Below, piece after piece: positions 18,528-24,000 of a stretch of DNA of 24,000 nt. The DNA is from Pseudomonadales bacterium (lineage in GTDB: Bacteria > Pseudomonadota > Gammaproteobacteria > Pseudomonadales > UBA7434): NCBI GenBank assembly GCA_049665845.1, contig JBATGO010000211.1, forward strand, positions 1,640-25,639, given 5' to 3'. How positions within the stretch are numbered: position 1 is the stretch's first letter; every line of letters starts with the position of its first letter. The position numbers were made by a program, and so were the translations under genes. The notes below the pieces were generated by a model. The model saw nothing but the letters and a program-made list of their open reading frames with translations. It had not been told where the DNA came from and did not search any database.

Positions 18528-21520
18528 AGCGTTTCCCGACCGCCAGACGGTGCTGCGTTGTGCGCAGTCGCCGTGCGCTGTGCAGTGGAGGGGGCGGCGC
18601 GCTCAAACGTCGTGCGATCGACAAAATCCCTTGCCAGCAATATGTAGGGCGCGTCCTGTGCGTCGCGCGTCTTGCGCAAACCGGGCTCGTGCGCAGCGAA
18701 GCCCCGGACTGCTTCTGTCAGGAGTTTCTGCAGGGCGTCGCGCCAGTGCAGCAGCAATGTGTCGAAGTTGCGGCGGTTCGCAGTTTTGCGCGCTGCAGGA
18801 TCAGCCAGTCCGTCGTGCGCAGCCGCGGCGGATGCCGGAGAGGCAATACCGGACAGGCCTGGCTCACTACCACCAATCCGCGCATAGGCAACACCGGCGA
18901 GGGCTGCATTATCCTGCAGCAGTGCCAACGCGTAAGCCGGCAGTTGCGGTGCACTGACACGTGCATCGAACCAGCCCGCTAGCGACACACCACCCGTTTT
19001 ATAATCAAGCAGCAGCTGGCTGCCGTCGGCAAGCCGGTCGACGCGATCGGCCTTACCGACCAGGTGTGCATCTGCTGTACGGTAAACCAGCTTTTGCTCG
19101 AGCGCGCTAACTTCAAACGCTGGCCGCTTGGCTTCAAGCGACAACCAGGCGAGTATTTCACGCTGCAACACCTCAAGCTGAAGCGCCAGTAATGTGGGTG
19201 GCACAGGTCGAAACCTGGCGCGTTGCACGCGTGTTGCTGCCGCCTGCAGCGCAGTGTCGACGCGTGCTGCGCGCACATGCGCAGGGCAATGCAGCAGTGC
19301 CTGCTGCGCCTGCAGTTGTTGCCAGATGCTTTGTAGTGTCGCGTGCACAACGATACCGCGCGCCCGGTAGCCCAGGCCCTGCTCGAGCGGCTGCCATGGT
19401 TCAACCCCGAGGCGATGGCGCAGGTAAGCATGCAGCGGGCTGCGCGCGTAATCGCCCAGCATCCTGACGCTGACTTGAGCGGGCCCGTCGTCCGGCTGTG
19501 GCAGCAGCGGCAGGCCGTAACTGTCTTCTACCTTTTCCAGCAAATCCTGCGCTATACCAGTGCGATCGCGCTGCAAGCTGGCGGCGCAGGATTCATTGCG
19601 CTCGCGGACCTCGATCTGCGCGAGCTGTAATTGCGCGCGCACCAATGGCGACAGGCCGCACGGTACCGCATCAAGCTGCAACACGCAGGACATTACCAGC
19701 TGCCTGGTGCTGGAAAGCAGCCTGGCCGTGCTGTTACTGGCATATGCGAGCTCGCGTTCTGCGCTGGCGCCGGGCATCTGCCGAGCGGCCTGGAAACCCG
19801 CAGGCAACAAGGCAGCACTGCCAGCGCGCAGCGGCCACTGCTGGTCCGACAGGCCGCAGATCCAGAGGTAGTCGAACAGCTGCCCCTCGGCCTCCAGCAC
19901 ACCGAGTAACTGTACCGGCGGTCGTGCCGGGTCGCGCCGTGTTTGCGCATGAAATACTTCGCCTGTGAGCTGCTGCCTAAAAAAATGCAGCGCATGGGCT
20001 GCATCGATATCCCCCAGCAGCGCGTCGGCGCGCCACACCTGTTCGCACCATTCCAGCAGCGCCGCGTGTTGCTGGTACTCTGTGCTATCAAGCGCGCGCG
20101 CGCCCGGCCAGCCAAAGGCGCGCAGCAACGCCAGTGTGCGCTGCAGCCAAAGCGATACCGGCGCCCTGCTCCGCGGCTGGTCTATCCCACTGGCGACGCC
20201 ACCGACCTTGTCGCGAAAACAGCCCAGCAAAACTTTTTCGGCACGCGCCAGCGCGGCACTGTGTGCACCGGGTTGCGCTGCAAACCAGGCCAGCAATTCG
20301 CTCAACTCATCGAGCCGGAAGGATTCTTCGCCACTTGCATAGATCGCCTTGAGCACGGCAGCGCGCGCCGCGCAATCGAGTCCTCGCGGCCACAGATAGG
20401 GCGTGTTCAGCAGCGCGCTCCAGCTCCCGCGCGACAGCGGGCCGATCGCCGCTGCGAAAAAATCGAGAAAAACCCGCACCAGGCCTACCGACGCCAGCGC
20501 TTCGCCTGCTGAAATCTCAAAACGGTCATACGCATCAGGCGCGGCCTCCGCACGCGCCGCGACGCCAGCATCGGCTGCTGCTGAAAATACAGCGCGAAAA
20601 ATTCGCGCCAGCGCAGCGCGCTGGCTTGTAAGCTCGGGCACTACCACGGCAACACGCGCGGCCGGCTCGCCAGTTTTCAACTGCCGCGCCCATACAGCAG
20701 CGCGCTGCCATTCCTGTTGCTGTTCGGCGCAGCCTAGAACCTCTGCGTGGTATGGCCTGCGCGCTAAACAGTAACTGGCGTTGGCACTATCCTGCAGCAG
20801 CACATCATCGCTTCCTTGCGCGCCTGGCAAGGCAGTCGTGGCAGGTGCTAGTTTGCAGTCAACTTGTGCGCCAAAAGCCTTAGCGAGTGCAAGCTGGATT
20901 GGTGTCGGCGAGTTGAAACCGTACAACGCCAGGCCGCCAGGCGCGCCGCCAGAAGCATCGGCCGACGCATGGCCTGCGGCGCCTGCATTAGCGACACAGC
21001 GATGCAGCAGTTGTCTGTCAGTTTCGGCAAGCGCAAGTAATTGCTGCTGCAGCTGCCAGCGTGTAAGCAGCCCGCGATCCTGCAATTCGCGCTGCAGCGT
21101 CGCGTACCAGCGCAGGAAAACCTCGCCATCACTGAAACTCCCCAGCTCGAAGCGGTGCACATCCGGGTCCAGCTGCCATTCGGCCAGGCGGGTCGCGGCG
21201 CGCTGGCACTCCGCAGCGACCTGCGAGGTGGACAGCAATCCGGGGGGTGCGTCGGCAGCAACAACCTGCTGCCAGAGCAACAGTTCTTCCGCAACATCAA
21301 GCTGGCGCGCGACCGGCAACATACCCGCGAGCAACGCCTTGCGCGCGAGTTCGTCCACCCATGCAGAAAACGGCAGAGCCCGCGGCAAGCGCCACACTGC
21401 ATCCGGGTCGCGAACTCCCTCAGCGAGATATTCGAGCAGCCAGGCCGCGAGACGATTGTTCGGCGTGATGATAAGGCCGAAGTTGCACAGTGGAATTAGC
21501 GCCGCGTTGCCCGATGACAT
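18524..21520 (-). CDS. addB: AddB-like PD-(D/E)XK nuclease family protein (probable partner of the AddA-like helicase-nuclease)
   Basis: The protein is 998 aa. The C-terminal nuclease motifs are GKADRVDRL...LLLDYKTG and QLPAYALAL (QxxxY). I found no Walker A GxxGxGK[ST] anywhere in the protein, and no Cys residues after the DYK motif. Its stop overlaps the addA-like GTG start (GTGA, 18524-18527), implying translational coupling. Confidence 0.75.
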   Translation of the reverse strand: MSSGNAALIPLCNFGLIITPNNRLAAWLLEYLAEGVRDPDAVWRLPRALPFSAWVDELARKALLAGMLPVARQLDVAEELLLWQQVVAADAPPGLLSTSQVAAECQRAATRLAEWQLDPDVHRFELGSFSDGEVFLRWYATLQRELQDRGLLTRWQLQQQLLALAETDRQLLHRCVANAGAAGHASADASGGAPGGLALYGFNSPTPIQLALAKAFGAQVDCKLAPATTALPGAQGSDDVLLQDSANASYCLARRPYHAEVLGCAEQQQEWQRAAVWARQLKTGEPAARVAVVVPELTSQRAALARIFRAVFSAAADAGVAARAEAAPDAYDRFEISAGEALASVGLVRVFLDFFAAAIGPLSRGSWSALLNTPYLWPRGLDCAARAAVLKAIYASGEESFRLDELSELLAWFAAQPGAHSAALARAEKVLLGCFRDKVGGVASGIDQPRSRAPVSLWLQRTLALLRAFGWPGARALDSTEYQQHAALLEWCEQVWRADALLGDIDAAHALHFFRQQLTGEVFHAQTRRDPARPPVQLLGVLEAEGQLFDYLWICGLSDQQWPLRAGSAALLPAGFQAARQMPGASAERELAYASNSTARLLSSTRQLVMSCVLQLDAVPCGLSPLVRAQLQLAQIEVRERNESCAASLQRDRTGIAQDLLEKVEDSYGLPLLPQPDDGPAQVSVRMLGDYARSPLHAYLRHRLGVEPWQPLEQGLGYRARGIVVHATLQSIWQQLQAQQALLHCPAHVRAARVDTALQAAATRVQRARFRPVPPTLLALQLEVLQREILAWLSLEAKRPAFEVSALEQKLVYRTADAHLVGKADRVDRLADGSQLLLDYKTGGVSLAGWFDARVSAPQLPAYALALLQDNAALAGVAYARIGGSEPGLSGIASPASAAAAHDGLADPAARKTANRRNFDTLLLHWRDALQKLLTEAVRGFAAHEPGLRKTRDAQDAPYILLARDFVDRTTFERAAPSTAQRTATAHNAAPSGGRETL

Positions 21521-21575
21521 TGCGTCAATCGTGTCTGACCGGCCTGCAGCAGGTATGCAGCAGTAAAATGATTTT

Positions 21576-21595
21576 GCGCGTGCAAAGCAACGCGC
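21576..21595 (-). terminator. Possible weak terminator hairpin after gspB
   Basis: gcgcgtgc-aaa-gcaacgcgc is an 8-bp stem with a one-nt bulge. It lies next to the 12-bp perfect palindrome cgcgctagcgcg (21591-21602). On the minus strand it is followed by aaaatcatttt, which is only a poor U-tract. Confidence 0.3.
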
Positions 21596-21610
21596 TAGCG
21601 CGATGAGCCG

Positions 21611-22363
21611 CTACCACTTTTCGACTACGTCGACATGAAAGAATTGCCCGCGATAATGGCAGATAACGCCAGTGTCGGTTATTGAGCGCAGGCGCAACTG
21701 GCTGGTGATCATCTGCCCTTCCCGCAGACGTCTGCCGTTGATAATAATCGTGCGTTTTTCCGGTGCCTTGCTGAAAACATGGAATGAAAATTTCAGATCC
21801 GGCACCGTGGACTGGTAATCGGCCGGAAACTCCCACAACTCTTTGACCAGGTGCCGTGGCGGCAGCGGGTCATCGCTTGCATACAGGCGACTGCCAGCCT
21901 GGAATTCGCCTGCCTGCGCGGATACCGGATCGACAGGGATCTGCCCGGCCTGGCTATAGCCTTCGCCGGAATGCGCCCCGGCCTGGTTCGCCCGTTCCTG
22001 TGATACTTGCTGCAACGCTGCTTGGCCAGGTTGTTGTGACGGCTGTTGTGACGGCTGATGTGGCGGTGGTTGCAACGATTGCTGCGAAGGTTGTTGCAAG
22101 GATTGTTGCGATGCCGGCTGCTGAGCGTTACCCCGCAATGCTTGCGCCTGCCCTGCGGCAAACTGATCGTGCAAACGTGGCCACAACCAGCTTGCAATAA
22201 ACACCAACAATACCATCGATAGCAACAATAGCAGCGCGCGCGCCCAGGCCGGCGCGGGTTGCCTGTGCCGTGCCGCACCCGCTTGCAGCGAATAAACGTC
22301 AGGCCCCTTGCTGCGCTGGCGCTCGTCCTCGGATTTCTTGATCGCATCCAGGATAAATGACAT
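21611..22363 (-). CDS. gspB: Type II secretion assembly factor GspB (ExeB-like)
   Basis: The N-terminus MSFILDAIKKSEDERQR is typical of GspB. A single TM segment follows (ALLLLLSMVLLVFIASWLW), then a Q/P/S-rich linker and a C-terminal domain PDLKFSFHVFSKAPEKRTIIINGRRLREGQMI...VICHYRGQFFHV. It lies immediately downstream of gspA. Confidence 0.8.
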   Translation of the reverse strand: MSFILDAIKKSEDERQRSKGPDVYSLQAGAARHRQPAPAWARALLLLLSMVLLVFIASWLWPRLHDQFAAGQAQALRGNAQQPASQQSLQQPSQQSLQPPPHQPSQQPSQQPGQAALQQVSQERANQAGAHSGEGYSQAGQIPVDPVSAQAGEFQAGSRLYASDDPLPPRHLVKELWEFPADYQSTVPDLKFSFHVFSKAPEKRTIIINGRRLREGQMITSQLRLRSITDTGVICHYRGQFFHVDVVEKW

Positions 22364-22365
22364 CG

Positions 22366-23382
22366 CTACACCCGCCGCTCGTTTTCAGTGAGTGTTTGTC
22401 TCGAGGCAAAACCGGTCTCTTCGCCCGGCGTAATAAAATAATCCTGCAAGCGTTCGTGAAACCCGTTCACGACGGCGAGATAAAGCAGGGCAATCAGCAG
22501 TACCGCTGCAAAAAGCCCCCAGCCGAGCATGCGCCCGCTGCCCTGCGCCAGCCATGCCAGGCGACTGCCGGACGGTGCAACCTGCAGCACTTCCTTGCAG
22601 GCAGTGGCTACCAGCGGATATTCAACCGTGAGCAGGCCGGCCGTGTAGGCACCGAGCATGGCGCGGTCGCAGATCACGTTCACCAGCCGCGGTACGCCGC
22701 CGCTGCGCGCATAAATATGCTTGAGCGCAGGCCGCGAAAATATTCCACCGCGGAAACCTGCCACATGCAGGCGATGCGCAATGTATTCGACCATCTCTCC
22801 ATAGCTCAATGGCTCAAGGTGAAAACGCGCGGTCACGCGCTGCGCGAGCTGGCGCAAGTTCGGCCTCGCGAGTTTGTCGTTCAACTCTGGCTGGCCCAGC
22901 AAAATAAGCTGCAGGAGTTTTTTCTCGCTGGTTTCAAGGTTGGTCAGCAGGCGCAGCTGCTCGAGCACTTCATCGGAAAGATTTTGCGCTTCGTCGATAA
23001 TCAGGATCGTGTTGCGCCCGCGCGCGTAGGATTCGAGCAGGAAGGCATTTAACGCGTCGACCAGCACCTTGAGCGAAGCGCCGTCAGCGTAATCAATACC
23101 GAGATCATCGCAAACCGACTGCAGCATTTCGCTCGCAGAGAGGCGCGGGTTGATGATGAACGCGATATCGACATCATCAGGCAACTGGTTTAAAAGTCCG
23201 CGACAAATAGTGGTTTTGCCGGTGCCAATTTCCCCGGTGAGCAGGATAAACCCACCCTCCTCACTGATACCAAACAGCAGGTGCGCCATCGCCTCCTTGT
23301 GCTGCTCGGTCATATACAGGTAGCGCGGATCGGGTGCGATCGAAAAAGGTTTTTCGTGCAGCCCAAAAAAATCGAGGTACAT
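22366..23382 (-). CDS. gspA: Type II secretion AAA+ ATPase GspA/ExeA-like, short form (338 aa, no periplasmic peptidoglycan-binding domain)
   Basis: MYLDFFGLHEKPFSIAPDPRYLYMTEQHKEAMAHLLFGI...GFILLTGEIGTGKTTICRGLL carries the Walker A motif and ILIIDEAQNL the Walker B. A C-terminal TM segment (WGLFAAVLLIALLYLAVV) is followed by only about 36 residues. Confidence 0.85.
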   Translation of the reverse strand: MYLDFFGLHEKPFSIAPDPRYLYMTEQHKEAMAHLLFGISEEGGFILLTGEIGTGKTTICRGLLNQLPDDVDIAFIINPRLSASEMLQSVCDDLGIDYADGASLKVLVDALNAFLLESYARGRNTILIIDEAQNLSDEVLEQLRLLTNLETSEKKLLQLILLGQPELNDKLARPNLRQLAQRVTARFHLEPLSYGEMVEYIAHRLHVAGFRGGIFSRPALKHIYARSGGVPRLVNVICDRAMLGAYTAGLLTVEYPLVATACKEVLQVAPSGSRLAWLAQGSGRMLGWGLFAAVLLIALLYLAVVNGFHERLQDYFITPGEETGFASRQTLTENERRV

Positions 23383-23400
23383 AACGACGACCCCTGGCGA

Positions 23401-23955
23401 TCAGCCCTGTAACGTGAGGCGCACACTCACGTAGCCTGGTGCTGCACTGTCGAGCGAAATATCAATCGCACTGACGCCGTGCTGCTCTTCGAGCTCACCC
23501 AGCCAGCTGACAACATTATTGAACTTCACCTGCTCCAGCCACAGGCGCACGCGATCATCGCCGATCGGCTCAAAACGACTGAAACTCAGCTCGTAGTTCT
23601 TCGCCGAAGCGGACGCGACACTCAGCAGCGAGCCCTCGCGAACACTGGCACCGGCATCCAGCAGCGCGCGCGTTTTCGGCACTTCTTCTACCATCCATGC
23701 ATAGTTGGCAAGCTGCTTCTGGTAATGCTCGCTGGCGCCATCGAGATAGCCCAGCGCGGGCCCTATCAGCAATCGCCAGGCCAGCAACAGCGCCAGCAGC
23801 AGTGCTAACAGGTTAACCATGTTGCGATCGCGGTCGCTGAGCCCGCGATAGCGGCGCTCGAGTTGCTGATAACCTGGGTTTGAGCGCACGCGCGCAACGG
23901 TCTGTTCGAGCTCTTCGTCGAAGCGTTCGCGCAGGGCGGCAATGCGGCTGTTCAT
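23401..23955 (-). CDS. gspM: Type II secretion system protein M (GspM)
   Basis: The protein has a cytoplasmic N-terminus, one TM segment (MVNLLALLLALLLAWRLLIGP) and a periplasmic domain. The periplasmic domain ends ...RVRLWLEQVKFNNVVSWLGELEEQHGVSAIDISLD...GYVSVRLTLQG, which aligns by eye with V. cholerae EpsM (...MQVWIQPLPFSQLVSWIAYLQERQGVSVDAIDIDR...). Confidence 0.85.
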   Translation of the reverse strand: MNSRIAALRERFDEELEQTVARVRSNPGYQQLERRYRGLSDRDRNMVNLLALLLALLLAWRLLIGPALGYLDGASEHYQKQLANYAWMVEEVPKTRALLDAGASVREGSLLSVASASAKNYELSFSRFEPIGDDRVRLWLEQVKFNNVVSWLGELEEQHGVSAIDISLDSAAPGYVSVRLTLQG

Positions 23956-24000
23956 GAGCGACCTACCTGGATACGACCTTTGATTATGTCGCCGTCCTGG
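23952..24000 (-). CDS. gspL: 3' end (16 codons) of the upstream T2SS gene, presumably gspL
   Basis: The minus-strand frame reads ...QDGDIIKGRIQVGRS*, with its TGA overlapping the gspM ATG (ATGA). The identity is inferred only from the canonical gspL-gspM order, because the fragment is too short to recognise. Confidence 0.45.
   Translation of the reverse strand, partial: QDGDIIKGRIQVGRS

Noticed and set aside
14649-21520. The helicase plus nuclease pair as a phage-defence system (Gabija, Hachiman or Nhi-like)
   Set aside because: The sizes, gene order (nuclease-only subunit first), stop/start coupling, a full UvrD motif set with a C-terminal RecB nuclease in one subunit and a RecB nuclease in the other all fit AddAB-type end-processing enzymes. 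No TOPRIM/OLD ATPase or other defence-island neighbours are present. A secondary anti-phage role cannot be excluded.

Overview
This is a GC-rich (about 60% by eye) chromosomal segment with gammaproteobacterial-type synteny. I can support 22 protein-coding genes, two of them cut by the window edges. I saw no rRNA, tRNA, CRISPR array, transposase or integrase. From left to right: clpA (partial) and clpS sit divergent from cspD. The conserved rluE / NUDIX (nudJ-like) / mnmA / purB block follows, without hflD. Next come a secreted CxxC thioredoxin-fold protein behind an AT-rich island, and a minus-strand run of degQ-like protease, spermidine-synthase-like methyltransferase and cysH-like PAPS reductase. 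Mg-type hemB follows. From 11.4 kb to the right edge every gene is on the minus strand: an OlsF-like fused acyltransferase, an NRDE/TANGO2-family gene, a DinB-like gene, a translationally coupled AddB-like/AddA-like helicase-nuclease pair, and the tail of a type II secretion cluster (gspL partial, gspM, short gspA/exeA, gspB). The best candidate for an undescribed system is the tightly coupled DinB-like / NRDE / OlsF-like operon (11454-14542), which I read as a possible aminolipid synthesis and remodelling module. Also notable are the divergent AddAB-like pair, whose AddB-like subunit shows no Walker A motif and no Fe-S cysteines, and a nested 33-bp-arm inverted-repeat element between hemB and the acyltransferase gene. 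All functional calls rest on motifs I recognised by eye in the translations. No database search was run.
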